From the NCBI GenBank assembly GCA_965112155.1, contig OZ218099.1: DNA of 64,000 bases. The stretch is one strand, 5' to 3'. Positions within the stretch are counted from its first letter, which is position 1. Each line of letters opens with the position of its first letter. The translations under genes were made by a program, and so were the position numbers. The notes under the pieces were generated by a model that saw only the letters and a program-made list of their open reading frames with translations, did no database searches and was not told the origin of the DNA. Shown here piece by piece: positions 11,758 to 25,138 of the stretch. The DNA is from Podarcis liolepis. Taxonomy: Eukaryota.

Positions 11758-14120
11758 GGCACTTTTAAGCATGTGCAGCCCATTCATGCAACTGACAGTT
11801 ACTAGGGGCTCTCATCGTGACATGTTAAAAATCACAAGTTTGCCCCTCAGGAGCTTGTCATGGTCTTGTTATTTACCTGTGAGGTCTGTTTGCATTTAGA
11901 ACAGCCTCCCTTCAAATCCTTAGGGGACTGCACAATGCTCTGCAAGCTTTACAAGGGGATTTTGGCTCTTGTGGGCTTTGGGCTGTGGCCATTGATTTCT
12001 CCTTGGAGGAGAAGAGGCTCTGTTCCGCAACAAGGAGTAAAATCCTACCCTCAGCAGTACAGGAAAGCCCCATGGCCCACCGAAGTGCTGGAAGCTTCTA
12101 CAAAAACCAGACACAACCTGCTCCCTTTCCAGAAGAAGGCGTTTTTACATGGTGAATTCCACGCTGGCAGAACGGCCTGCCTTTGCACTGCAACATTTGC
12201 CTGCCTCTGTGAGTCTTCTCACCCTTCACATTTCACGGTGACGACCACGCGGAAGCCTTCCTGCTCGAGTTCTCGCACAGTCTTTGAGCCAAGGTGTAGC
12301 AGTTGGCCTGCTCGTTTCAAAGCTGGTTATTATGAAGCCAATTCATTAAGACTTCATGGACCGCAAACCTCCACTCGCTGCCTGGCCCGCAGCGGGGGAA
12401 ACGTCTTGGCTCTCAACGCCTCCTGCAAGGGGCACAGTCTTGCTAGGTAGCTCCATCTTAATATTTCATGTCAAGCAGCTATGGGATGGCTCCCTTGCGG
12501 ATGAACCGTGCTGCTGGCTCACCACTCTCCGTGACTCTTTTGCAAGATGAGCTGCTGCTGCTGCTGCTGCTGCCGCCTTGACAGGGGAAGGGGGGGGGAA
12601 TGCAGCGCACACAGCAGAAATGCCCAGTTGCTCTCACTTGTGCAGGCACTTGCCATTAAAGGACAGCTCGCTGTAAACACCAAGCCTGCGGCTGGTGACT
12701 TTTGCTTGGTGCTTTTGTAATTACATTTAGCTACTGAAATAAAATACCAGTTACAGGTCTATTACATGTACCCCATTGATGTCAGATGCTCAAAGCAAAG
12801 CAATCTGGGGAAGATCTGGGGAATATTCACTTGTAGCCAAATTCAGAATCACAAATGGAAACATAGGAATCTGCTGTACCGAATCTGACCATCAGTCCGT
12901 TTCGTTTGGTAAACTGACTGGCAGTGGCTCTACAGGATTTCAGGCAATAACCTTTTATAGCCTTTATCTGGAGATGGCAGGCACTGAACTTGGGTCACAC
13001 AAAGCATACACTCCACCCCTGAATTACAGCCCTTCCATCTTATAGGGTGGGTCCAAATAAAAACAACGAAAACCACCCTGATTGTTTTGGATCTGTGCGG
13101 ATAACTACTCCATGCAGGAAGCTGTTCCCATGGAAAGGCTGACCATGTCTAAAATCCAATCTTCCCTGTCTACTGCCAATTCCATAGGCTTGAAGAGGCC
13201 TATTAAGCTGCTGCACATACCAGGCTCACAACAAAAAGCACTCTGCATGTGGTCAGATTTAAAAGGACAGCCATGTAGCTATTTGTTTGCTTTTATTTAT
13301 TTTTCAGCCCATTCTTTCCTTGCCAAACCATCCCAAGCAATGCTTGACTTTCGAGTCCATCCTAGGAGACACATCATTGGAAGGAATGAAAGTAGCCAAG
13401 TTTTAGTTAGACTGGCGGAATGAAGGTAACTTGAAACAGCATAAACTGTGCACGTGCTAATGGCGTGTTTTAAGGCAGCTGCTGGGCTCAGGAAGGATGA
13501 ATTTATCCCCATGCCCTGATTCACTGACCAGGCGCGTTAAGTACGGGCATTATTTTCTTCTGAACGGTTCATTACTATGGGCCACTAGACAATGGACTTG
13601 CAGAGATCAATGGGAAATGCTACAGTCTGCAATAGCAATATATTTCTTTCTGCTCTTCCAAAAGATAACCAGTGGAGGAGAATGAATGATACACTGCAGG
13701 CTGCTCACCTTCATTTATAAAATGTACCTGGAATTTCTGGGGTTTTGTGGGTCTTAGGGGAAAACAGAATGTCCTGGAAATCATCTCTCTGCATTTAGAA
13801 TTCTCTCTCATTGCCCCCTTCTTTCTTACTTTGAAGCATACCACTTCATGGGTTGAGTCTGGGAGCCCCTATTCCCAGGCCTTAATCCTGAAATACATGA
13901 AGTGATAACAGAATGCCACTGAGCATGGGCAGAGTGTTTTTCACTCACTGCTGTGTAAGCACAGACAACCCATTAGCACTACTAGGATGGATGAACAAGC
14001 CATGATGGGAGTGCTTTTCCAGAGAGAACCGAGGTCCCAAACGTATATAAATGAACAACTGGACTTCCCATAAAGACTTTGGGATGCTGTAATTTCCGCG
14101 GCATTGAGGTAGCTGTAATG

Positions 14121-14415
14121 ATCACAGAATCATAGAGTTGGAAGGGACCCCCGAGAGTCATCAAGTCCAACCTTCTGCAATACACAAATCACAATTAAAG
14201 CATCCAAGACAGACGGCCATCCAACCTCTGCTTGAAAACCTCCAAGGAAGGAGAGTCCACCACCTCCTAAGGGCATCTGTTCCACTGCCAAACAGCTCTT
14301 ACTGTCAAAGTTCTTCCTGGTGTTTAGTCAGAATCTCCTTTCTTGTAACTCAAAGCCATTGGTTCGAGTCCTACCCTTCAGAGCAGATGAAAACAAGCTT
14401 GCTCCTCCTTCCATG
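14121..14415 (-). mobile_element. CR1 LINE 3' end
   Basis: (ATTCTRTG)n tail on the minus strand; related to the copies at 24345 and 59665. Confidence 0.82.
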
Positions 14416-16947
14416 TTACAATTCCTCATAAGGCTTAGTTTCTGGACCCTTAATGAAGTAGAACATTATTTTCTGCAACACCCACATTTGGAGCAATGGC
14501 TGAAATGGCTTGCGGGAGGCAAGGAGAGTCTTGGCACCCAGTTCATGCTACCCTGAGGCCCCTGGTGCTGATGAGCACAAAACCACCACCCTCCACTTTT
14601 TGTCACAAATTACACTGGAAATGATCGGCTCTGGAGATGAATCTGGAGAGCACATCTTCCAAAAGGAACACCTACTGTTTTCAGTGTTCGACTAGATAAT
14701 TTAGCTATAGAAGCTGAAATAAAAATAAAAAATAGCAGAACTATATGCCTGGCACATCTTCTTCCAGACAGGAGCACACAACACTTTACAGACTGCAAAG
14801 AACCACATCAACTTGCTACCCGGAAACACAGGAGAGGCAGGCAAGAGCTGGGCCACACATCAGGATCAAACGCTGTGAAATGCCTGCTGTAGCCATCGGT
14901 TCTTCTACAGCTCCCCTCTCAAAGCCTTCAGCAAAAAGATGAGAGCGCACTCCAGCCACAGCGTTCACAAGGGGCCAGCTTAGTCATCCCTTCCAATTAC
15001 CTTCCTGAGTACATTGCTTTGCTTCCACCCATATAAATGAATGGTGTCTACTCGCTCCTATGAGAAAAAGTAGAGGGACAAACTGCTGTGCGGCACTTGC
15101 GGACTACCACCATCACCGCCAACGCAGGCAAAGAGAAACACCATGCAGGAATCCCTGCCACCCCTCATAATGGTAGCTCATGTGTAGCAGTGGGGCTCAT
15201 GGAGGGGTGGGGTGGCAGAGGTAGTGGTATCCTCCCAGAGATGCTCCTCAGAAGGAGACGAGGCAGCAGTGGTGAGGTTGAGGGAGTGTTGGGACAACAG
15301 CCCTATACGCACATCTCTGGGGCTGCCACTGCTGCTGCCCCATACCTCCCCTAACCTTGCAGCTACCGTCTCACTTCACCACATCCCTGTTCCCAGTGAG
15401 CACATCACTGTTGCCAGGAGGGTACCACTGCTTCTGCTGTCCCAGCCAACATAAAAGGGAAAACATGAGTCCTTGCCAAACATTCAGCGTGAACACAGAC
15501 GGGAGGAAATGTCTATTTATAAACATACAACCCCTGAGAATGCTTTTTTCCACTCATTGCATGCAATCGGCAGTGTTTATTGCCGCAGTTTTTATTTCCA
15601 AATGTTCAGTTTGGAAGAAACAGAGGGGATTAGGAGGCCGGAAGCAGGATTCTCTCCCCTCCGAGAGTACTACACGGTGTCAATCATGCCAGGGAAAAAG
15701 ACCTGCCAAGCATCTACAAGTGACTACCCTGGATCTGGATGCAATAATCAATCTTCATTTTGCACAGGAGTTTAATTTTAGGTCCCTTGTGGCAACCAAT
15801 TATGATTTAATAAGCTGTAATTTAATTAAAACGCTACCCACTTAGAGCAACTCCAAAAGGCAAGTAACAGACACACAAAAATATAACACTTAAACTAAAT
15901 CATTTTTCCCCTATGAGGAATTTAGTGTCTTCAGAACTAGATCAAAAGTTTATAATTTTGTCACTGTGCCCTGCTGTAAGTAAGCCCAAGTATTTGTAAT
16001 GGAAATAAAGCACATTTTCCCCTGCCTTCCTTTCCTTTCCTCTGTCCTTTCTTTGCTACTGTCAATCTATATTCCAGTTTGTAAGCCTCTTGAGGCAGGG
16101 ACCTGCTCTCTTATATAAAGGACCGTGTAATACCAATTCTGTGCAACCTTCACTGGCTGCCAATGCCAGGGCCAATTTAAGGTTCTGATTAAAAACCGTA
16201 AACAACTTTGAGCCCAAATACTTTGAAGGAGTGCCTCTCTTGGTACCTGCCAGCCAAGGTACTGAAATCTGCTGCCGGTGGGGGGAGGGGGAGAGCACTG
16301 CTCATGATCCCAAAACGCAGGACGGGGACTTTTCAGTGGTGGCATCCTGCCCATAAAATGACCCCACCCAGGATGTTTTGGTTGTCACCCTCATTACTGA
16401 GTTTCTGACAGTCGTAAATCACATCTCTTCACTTGGGTCTTTGGGAGAGTTTGATGCTGTTCTGCATTGATTTGGTTGCATTAATTAAGGTGAAGGCCAG
16501 ATTATTGTTCTACACTACTACGTTTTTGTGTGCTTCGATGGAACTTCTTGTTTTAATCATATTTCTCTACACTGCCCCACGATTCTTGCTGATGAAGGGT
16601 AGTTAAGCAAATAAACAATTTGAAATGGAAAAGAAATATACAAATAGCTACAGCTACAGGCCAATAATTGCCTGTAAGTGGAGGCAGCTTCCCCTGCCCC
16701 ATCATGATTTGTGACTTGGGAGAACGACGGCTGCTTCCTAAGGGATTTGGGGCTGGGGTTAGGATGACCCAAGAGCTCCCTGGCATGTTTACTGACTCTT
16801 GGCACTCTGCTTCTGCTTAAATTTTGCTGAGAGTACAGTATGTTCTGTAAGAAGCTGCTGCCCTTCAAACACTGCATCTCTCCTACTCTCCAGGAGCAGG
16901 AGAAACAGGGCAGATGCAACAGTGCCTGGACAGCAGGATGGACTCAC

Positions 16948-17059
16948 CTGTACTTGGGCCTCCCTTCTCATCAGATAGCGCATTTTGCCCAGGATGCACT
17001 GCTGAAGCTGATCCCACAACATGGCTCTGTCTTCCCGCATCAGTAAAGGTGGGCCAAAC
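16948..17059 (-). CDS. USP43: USP43 exon (~8): FGPPLLMREDRAMLWDQLQQCILGKMRYLMRREAQVQ
   Basis: tttttcag acceptor, CAG|gtgagt donor, 112 nt, phase 2 to 0. Confidence 0.95.
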
Positions 17060-17619
17060 CTGAAAAACACATTAGAGAATTGCTGTAGGTTGTGCAAAGA
17101 AACTAGCCTTCAGGTGCCTTTTGCTCACTTAGTGGTACAAAAGAAGCCAAGACATCACTCACTCACTGGCAGAGGTATCTAAATTTTAAAGTTACTTCCC
17201 AATGGAATGAAGGGTGGAATTCAACATCACATTAATTTGATCATGCCAGCGGGGACTTATTTCAGAATAGCCGACTGCCAGAGTTCAGCAAGAAAGATGC
17301 TCTAAATTTCCCACTTCTCCTCCTCCATCACCCATCATTTTGCCCAGGCCCATTGCTCTCCGGGAAATGCAACTACATTTCAGATGTCAGGGGATGATGG
17401 AGCAGCATCTCTGAGGTTGGGATGATATTCTTCCCAGGCTGCTACCCAACTGGAATGTTACCATTCAGGTGACCCTCTGCTGACCCTGGACAATGGGCAG
17501 CCGACAAACTAAAGGCCCATTGCTGTTCCTGGGTAGGAAAAGAGCATCCTGCACTCAAGCCACTAATATAAATGCCTGCACTTTTTAAAGCATTCACACC
17601 AACGTGCTGCTTGACCTGG

Positions 17620-17820
17620 GGTAGGACCGTAGCACAGTGATAGAATATAACCTTCCTTGTATAAGGTCCCAGATTCAATCCCTAGCATCTCCAGGAAAGG
17701 CTGGAGATGACCCCTGTCTGAAACCCTGGCGGCTCACTGCCCATCAGTGCAAACTCTACTGAGCAGGGTGGATTCAGTGGCCTGACTTGCTATAAGGCAG
17801 CTTCCTATATTCCCTATGTT
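17620..17820 (+). mobile_element. tRNA-Ala-like SINE
   Basis: A/B-box head ending gcatctccagg; tail ataaggcagcttcctatattccctatgt. Confidence 0.65.
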
Positions 17821-20774
17821 TGTTCAGCCAGTTCTCCTCTGTACTTCTCCCCAACTGATACTGCCTGAGAAGGGAAGAATGATGAAGGGGTGACTGGTTG
17901 TGCATTCATGTTTTCTTGAATGGCTGACAGTGGTGGCGGTTACATTACCAATCTCAGCTTTCTCTATGTAGACTAAAGGGAAGCTCATCAAGACGAAGGG
18001 TGCAAGACCAGCAGGAGGCAGTGCAGGCAAAGGATTAAGGGAAACTGTCTCTCTCTGTGTTCTCACCCTGTTGTACATTTCGCCAGTCCTCTGCATCAGT
18101 CGGCTTTACTGGGTGCAAGAAAGCTCCCCAAGCAATATCCAATGTCGTGATGAGACGTGAAAGCACAAACTAAGAGAATTCTGAAATAACTTAATCGGTT
18201 TTGCAAGTGGGGTAAACTAAGAGGTAAACATACTATGAGAAATCTATGCAAATAAATGATCTTGCGTGGGTCTCTGGCATAATACTCGACCAGTTCCCCA
18301 GTGTTCTAGAAAATCTTGTTTGGCCATTTCCAAAGCAGATTACAAACTTGGCATGCTAGTCACCTGTGAGATATAAAAACAGGTGGGCTGGATAACCTGG
18401 AAATGCTTCAAGTCATCTATTGCCAATCAAAATGTCATGTCTGGAAATTTTGCATTTTAAGGCAGATATTTGCTCAGGACTTTCATCATTCTCATCAGGT
18501 GTGATCAGATCTTGTACTCCACAGTCTACTATGAAATGGGCGGGAAGGAGTTGAACAAATTTAGGCTGAGGGCAGGCGGGCTTAGGGACTATGCAAATCG
18601 ACTAAATGGAAAGCTAAATCTTATTTCCACTTCAAAGCCAAGATAATTATTTGAGGGAAAGCCTAGGCAGGCCGGATAGTCTGCATGAAAGATTTGGGGC
18701 AGGCAAGTCTTCTACTGTAAAGGCTAACTTTCTTTGGCAAAATATTTTCTTTTTGAGTTAAAAAACCCCCAAAAAAACTCCACATAGCCCATCACTACTT
18801 CTGCAACTAAAGGCAAATGAAACTTGGTCTCATATATCCCTCCCAGGAGCAGAAAAAAGTGTGTGTATTTTTCTGCTTTCTTTATTTTCCATGCTAAAAC
18901 TATTTTGCTTGTTTTGAAAGTATTTTATTTATTACTTTATGAATCTAAACATATTTGACCTAGGGATTCAAGAGACTGCACTTTTTGATCTGAACTGTTT
19001 GATCCCATGCTCTTAAAGGTTCCCCAGGCTGAAAGTTGACAGCTGGGCACTCAAAACTCCGGTGGTGCCAGCGTAACTCTCAGCCAGACTTGACAGATTG
19101 GAACTCCAGGCTCCTTTGGTCAGCTTGCAGAACTCAAAAGACTGAGTCTCCTAAGAGCTACAAAGAGAATTAATGGAAATGATAGGAAGAGAAGCCAGGA
19201 AAACCTTTCTCCCTTCAAAATCAAATAAGGGGGGAAATCAAGCAAACCACTTGATCTATTGGAGACATATACCCTCCAGTTCCAGTTTAGGGTGGCTAGT
19301 CACACATTGCCAAAAAAGGGCTGGAGAATGCACCTCCAGAAGAGATTTGCATATGCACATTTACATTTCTAAATGCAAATTCAGAAATGATTACTATTGA
19401 TTTAAACAGAAATGCAACATAATGGGCAAGACAATGTACTCAAAGCTCATGTTTTCCCCCAAAGAATTCTGGTAACTGTAGTTACTGTAGGGGTGCTGGG
19501 AACTGTAGCTCTCTGAGTGGAAAACAACAACTCTAAGGATTCTTTGGGGAGAAGACATGTGCTTTAAATGTATGGCGTGTGCACAAGTGACCTGCTTGCC
19601 TGCTTAATCTGCTATCCAGCTGCTAACTGTTGATGGGCAACTTCAAGACCTCTGCTGCCCCATCTTAAGGTTCCTGTAAAATAGATGACCCTTCAAAGAG
19701 AAGACCGCCCCTCCCCCCTCATGTAGAGGACTGTCCTCTGAAAAAATAGGACACATGGCTACCATCACCACCCATTTGCGGCAACGTGACAGAACCAAAA
19801 GTGTAGATTCAAGTAAGTTCCTGCTACCTTCTCCTCTAATGCATCTTATAAGCTCTTTTCTTGTTCTGACAACTATCAGTACCCCATTTCCTGAGCCCTG
19901 CAATCTGTGTGTGCTGTTTGGCTGAATAAATGGGGTACGAAAAGGACAGGCAAAAGTTCTAGGAATCAAGCCATATAGTTCTTGTCCCTGCAAAAGCACT
20001 TGGGTTGGGAGGAGGGGAGAGGGAGACATGCTAGGCCTGCCTACGTAACACGGAAATATTGCTAGATAAATTGCCCTCCATAAAGCTCAGCATGTTACAA
20101 GCCGTTTCCCAGCCGATGACTGGTTTATTAGCCACTGCAAGCATGCAGAGCGTTACTTAATGACATTTGGGATGTGCAATGTGAATTCATTACCCGCCTA
20201 CAGTGCTTTTGCATCCAATCGCCCTCCCGCAAGCTCCTCGCAGCCATCAGTGGCTGGTAAACCGAGTGCAGCTCTTCCCCCCCACCTCCATCCACATCTC
20301 CAGCATGGGAAAGAAATGGGCTTTTGAAGGAACAAGTGGCACACCGGGCAGAACACCGCTGCAGGCCAAATGGTCCAAAGCGCAGCTCAGGACACTCGGT
20401 GGTTGTTTCTCCAGACCCGCTGCACAGCTTGATTTGGCTGAAGCGACAGCGCTCCCATTCCAAGCCCCTTCGTCACCAAGTGGAGACAATTAACTTGCCA
20501 CTAGGCTTGCTTTATCAGAGCTCAACATTAATGTTACACAGCCCAGATGTTGTGCCAAATGACACAAAGGAAACTGCTCTTAACAAGCCCAGCTGCTGCT
20601 TCTGTGATTGCTTCCGGCTTTTTCAGAGCTGCTAATCAGCAAGCTGGGATCTGGAAAACAAAAAAAACAAGCAACTAACTAACTCCCAAGCTCGAAGTCC
20701 CATCCCTCTGAAAAGGCCTCTGCGAGCCTGAGAGTAACAGGGGACGGCCAACAGGTCAAGTGCCCATTACAGGA

Positions 20775-20968
20775 AAGGCACCTAAGAAACTGTGTTATGC
20801 TGTGTCAGACCATTGGTCCATCTAGCTCCGTTATTGTCCACACTGACTGGCAGCGGTCCTCCAGGGTTTCAGACAGGGAGTCTCTCCTAGCCCTACCTGG
20901 TGATGCTAGGAATTGAACCTGGGATCTTTGGCATGCAAAGCTGAAGCTCTGCCATTGAGCCACAGTGG
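20775..20968 (-). mobile_element. tRNA-Ala-like SINE
   Basis: Minus strand head gtggctcaatggcagagc..ctttgcatg..ggttcaattcctagcatc. Confidence 0.65.
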
Positions 20969-21018
20969 CAGGACTCTTAACCGTTCTAGCAAGAGCTTTC
21001 CTGCTGGGCAGGACTTAC

Positions 21019-21181
21019 CGCACGGCCTGCTGCCCTGCCCCAGCCACATTACAGACAAGGAGCAGGATCCTGCCCCCTCCGCCATGGTGCAGGAACTCCG
21101 ATGAAATGGCCCCGTTATGAGCCAAGCGCTGGCCTTCAGGCTCAGAAGAGTTGGGAGAGGATGGAAGGCTGTGGGGACAAC
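21019..21181 (-). CDS. USP43: USP43 exon (~7): CPHSLPSSPNSSEPEGQRLAHNGAISSEFLHHGGGGRILLLVCNVAGAGQQAV(R)
   Basis: ttttcccag acceptor, CG|gtaagt donor, 163 nt, phase 1 to 2. Confidence 0.92.
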
Positions 21182-21584
21182 CTGGGAAAAGGAAAGAATA
21201 ACGCACATGAGTAAATCCCCCAGGCATCCCTCTCCTCTACTGGACAACTACTTTGGGAATGGCTTAAAAAAGAACATAGGAAGAGCTGATGGATCAGGCC
21301 AATGGTCCATCTAGCCCAGCATTCTAGAGCAGCATCTGGGAAGCCTGCAAGAAGGACCTGCACACAATTGCGCTCTGCCTACCTGCGATTCCCAGAAACT
21401 GGTACTCAGAAGCATAGCTGCCTTCAGTCATGGACACAGGGCATAGCCATCATGGCTGCTATCCATGGATAACCCAACCCTCCATGAATTTGTGCAATGT
21501 TCTTTTAAAGCCATCAAAGTTGGTGGCGATCAGCTTCTCCTGGGGGAGTGAGTTCCATGGTTTAACTATGAGCTTTTAACATCA

Positions 21585-22430
21585 TTCAGGTATACTGAGC
21601 CAAGGCCGTTTAAAGGTCAGCACCAACACTTTGAATTGTGCTCAGAAATGTGCTGGGAGCCAGTGAAGATCCTTTAGGACAGGTGTTATGTGGTCCCGGC
21701 AGCTACTCTCAGTCACCAGTCTAGCTGCTGCATTGTGGATTAGCTGCAGTTTCCAAGTCACTTTCAAATGTAGCCCCATGCAGAGTGCAATGCAGTAGCC
21801 CAAGCAGGAGATAACCAGAGTATGTACCACTCTGACGAGACAGTGTGCCAGTAGGTAGGATTTCAGCCAGCATATCAGATGGAGCTGGTAGGCAGCTGCC
21901 CTGGACACAGAATTAACCTGCACTTCCAAGAACAGTTCCAAAATGACCCCCAGGCTGGTCCTTTGGGGGCACAGTTACCCGATGCAGGACCAGGGAGTCC
22001 TCCACACCCGCCTGCCTCCTGTTCCCAGAAACAGTACTTCTTTCTTGTCATGATTCCACCTCAATCCAATAACACCCATCCATCCTCCAACTGCCTCCAA
22101 ACAATCACATAGGACATACACTGCCTTTACTGGTTCTGATTTAAAAGACAGGTAGAGGTTCTGATTTAAAAGACAGGTAGAGCTGGGTATCACCTGCATA
22201 TTGGTGGGTATCACCTGCATGGGTATCACCTGCTGGGTATCACCTGCATATTGGTGAACACTCAACCCCAACCCCCTGATGATCTCCCCCAATGGCTTCA
22301 TATACATGTTGAAAACAATTTGGGAGAGGATGGAGCCCCAAGCCACCCCACAAGTGAGCGCCCAGGAGGAAGGAGTGGAACCACTGGATAACAGTGCCCC
22401 CAGCTCCCTCCCACCCCCATACCATGGTAA
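21585..22430 (-). mobile_element. L2 LINE internal RT fragment with no 3' end
   Basis: Degenerate ORF2: FNMYMKPLGEII..HQYAGDTQLYLSF (YADD motif), KLQLIHNAAARL, HITPVLKDLHWLP. Confidence 0.88.
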
Positions 22431-23100
22431 ATAAAACCCATGAGAGGTTCAGGGTTGCGGGGAAGCTTCCTAATTATAATAGATAGCAAGGGAATACGAT
22501 GACTCGAGATTTGCGGGCTCTCAATTTCCAGAACTTTCATAGAAAATCTAGACACAGATCATCCGAAATTCATAAGATATAGGACATATTGCCTTAGAAC
22601 AAAGGTTTGACAAAATGATTCAGATTAATCCCTTCCAGTTCTGCGATTCCGCAAGGAAGAATAAATATTAACACTCTCAACAAGTTGGTGTCTATTATCA
22701 CCAGCAATAAACGCTCACGCATAATCAGTCCAATCTGCATCTCCAATTTGCAACTAGGTCTGTCCACCTCCCTGGATCTGGGCTGTGCAATTCATCAAAA
22801 CCACCTGGCAACAGGGCTGTCCAAAAGGCAGGATTGCCATGAACTTCATCTCCCAGATCTGCGTGCGCTGTCTCCTCTGATGTTTTTCAATTAAGGCCTC
22901 TTGTTTAGCCCGGAGAGGCAATAAATCACTGCCACGGCACTTTGTCTCCAGTTTTCCTTCTCATTTTGCATATAAAAGCTAATCCATCCCAAAATGCAGC
23001 CGTAAGTGCCAAGGCTCAGCTCATCCCCATTCTCCTCTTAGCACCTGGCTTCTTCCCCACCAAACTGCCCTCTTGAAGCCTTAGCCTTGCAAAGTCCATA

Positions 23101-23451
23101 TCCTGTATACCTGAAGGAGCGTCTCCACCCCCATCGTTCAGCCCGGACACTGAGATCCAGCGCTGAGGGCCTTCTGGCGGTTCCCTCATTGCGAGAAGTG
23201 AGGTTTCAGGGAACCAGGCAGAGGGCCTTCTCAGTAGTGGTGCCTGCCCTGTGGAACACCCTCCCTTCAGATGTGAAGGAAATAAGCAGCTATCTTATCT
23301 TTAAAAGACATCTGAAGGCAGCCCTGTTCAGGGAAGTTTTTAATATTTAATGCTGCATTGTTTTTAACACTTGATTGGAAGTGGCTGGGGAGGCTCAGCC
23401 AGATGGGTGGGGTATAAATGGTAAATTATCATTATTATTATTATTATTATT
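23101..23451 (+). mobile_element. L2 LINE 3' end with (ATT)n tail
   Basis: Encodes PVYLKERLHPHRSARTLRSS..RAFSVVVPALWNTLPSDVK..LKAALFREVFN. Confidence 0.9.
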
Positions 23452-23609
23452 ATCATCCAGGGAAGTATCTCAGAATTCACAGCTGCAGGATTCTCAAATT
23501 GGACCTGAGCCCACCCCCACTCCCCTCTCCCCCTCCACCTCTCTCCCCCTTTCCTTCCTAATGTCTCAAGAAACAAAACTGATCTGTAAAAAAATGTTAC
23601 TTGGGGAAA

Positions 23610-23670
<61 letters not shown>
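23610..23670. repeat. (AG)n(ACAG)n microsatellite
   Basis: Read directly. Confidence 0.95.
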
Positions 23671-24344
23671 TTACACATACTTTTGTAAACCAAGAAAATC
23701 TTTAATAAAAAATACATTTAATTAAAAAAAAAATTGGGATGAACCTGAAAGTCACATTTAGCTCATTGATCAAATCAACAGAATGAAGCAGTAATGCGCT
23801 TTCTGGCCTGTGGCTCCACTTCAGGCACACACACACTGAAACAGACTCAAACACCTGTCATGTATGATCTAGTTGAGATCCCTGTGTTGCAGGGGGTTGA
23901 CTAGATGACCCTCAGGGTCCCTTTCCAACTCTACAATTCTATGACTCTATGATTCTACACAGAGCAGGTGGAAGCATGCCGAATATTTATTATTGTTTCC
24001 CCCCAAAACTTCTGGGTTTCTTTAGAAGAGGCACCATCGTTCCCCTTTGCCTCTCTTTTCTTTTCTCGTTCTTTACGGGCTTTTACCCTCGGCTACACCC
24101 TCCTGCCACTCCAGGATTCACAACACCTCCCAGCTCCCTGACTTGGAGCTCTTTGGATCTCTAGTGGCATTTTACAGACTGTAAAACCAATTTATCTCGA
24201 TTCAGAGCCTGACCTTTTGAAGCACGGATGGCTTGGCTGCCTGCCAGGTCCATGGGAGGCTAAAAATAACTTCTTGTATTAGTCACAAAACAGAGATGGG
24301 TCCCCTTTTGGCAACACACTAATTATAAAACGGTATTGATCACA

Positions 24345-24640
24345 GGTCTGCCATGCGGAGGATGGAGCAAGCTTGTTTTCTCCTACTCCGGAGGCTAGGA
24401 CCCAAACCAATGGATTCAAAGTTACAAGGAAGAAGATTATGACTAAACATCAGGAAGAACTGACTGACACTAAGAGCTGTTCGACAATGGACAGAGGTGG
24501 TGGAGTCTCTTTCCTTGGAGGTTTTTAAGCAGAGGATGGGTGGCCTTCTGTGACCTAGGGTGATCTACTTGAGATCCTTGCATTGCAGGGGACTGGACCA
24601 TATGACCCTCTAGTCCCTTCCAATACTACAATTCTACAAT
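24345..24640 (+). mobile_element. CR1 LINE 3' end
   Basis: gcttgttttctcct..aatggattcaaag..aggaagaac..cccttccaatactacaattct. Confidence 0.8.
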
Positions 24641-24658
24641 CCAAGTGAGTCTCTAGAG

Positions 24659-24796
24659 CAGCGGTTCTCAACCTGTGGGTCCCCAGATGTTGTTGGACTA
24701 CAACTCCCATCATCCCTGAGCTCTGGCCTTGCTAGCTAGGGGTGATGGGAGTTGTAGTCCAACAACAGCTGGGGACCCACAGGTTGAGAACTGCTG
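24659..24796. mobile_element. Palindromic hAT-type MITE
   Basis: Nearly the whole element is an inverted repeat; 8-bp TSD ctctagag at 24651 and 24797. Confidence 0.9.
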
Positions 24797-25069
24797 CTCT
24801 AGAGCAACAACATCAGGAGTTGCCAAAAATCATTGTCCCCAAAAGGTACCCAAAGCACACAGCACATTAGCAGCAGCATGAGTCCACCTGTGTCATTTCA
24901 GTCAAACTCTAGGGGTCCAGGTGACCCGCCCATCAACCCCAGCCAGTGGTCAGGAATTATGGGAGTTGTAATCCAACAAGATCCTTGCCGTAGAGTTTGG
25001 CTGAGCTGGCACAGGTGGGTTCATACTGCCACTACCTTCCAATGCCTAGGGGAATCTTCCAGGGACTGT

Positions 25070-25070
<1 letters not shown>

Positions 25071-25108
<38 letters not shown>
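25071..25108. repeat. (GT)n microsatellite
   Basis: Read directly. Confidence 0.95.
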
Positions 25109-25111
<3 letters not shown>

Positions 25112-25138
25112 GAGATGCTTCATGTTGTTGCTCTACAG

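Noticed and set aside
11860-12450. 196-aa plus-strand ORF
   Set aside because: No recognisable domain; antisense within an intron; consistent with chance.
18144-18184. C/D box snoRNA (gtgatga...ctga)
   Set aside because: Only about 40 nt between the boxes and no terminal stem.
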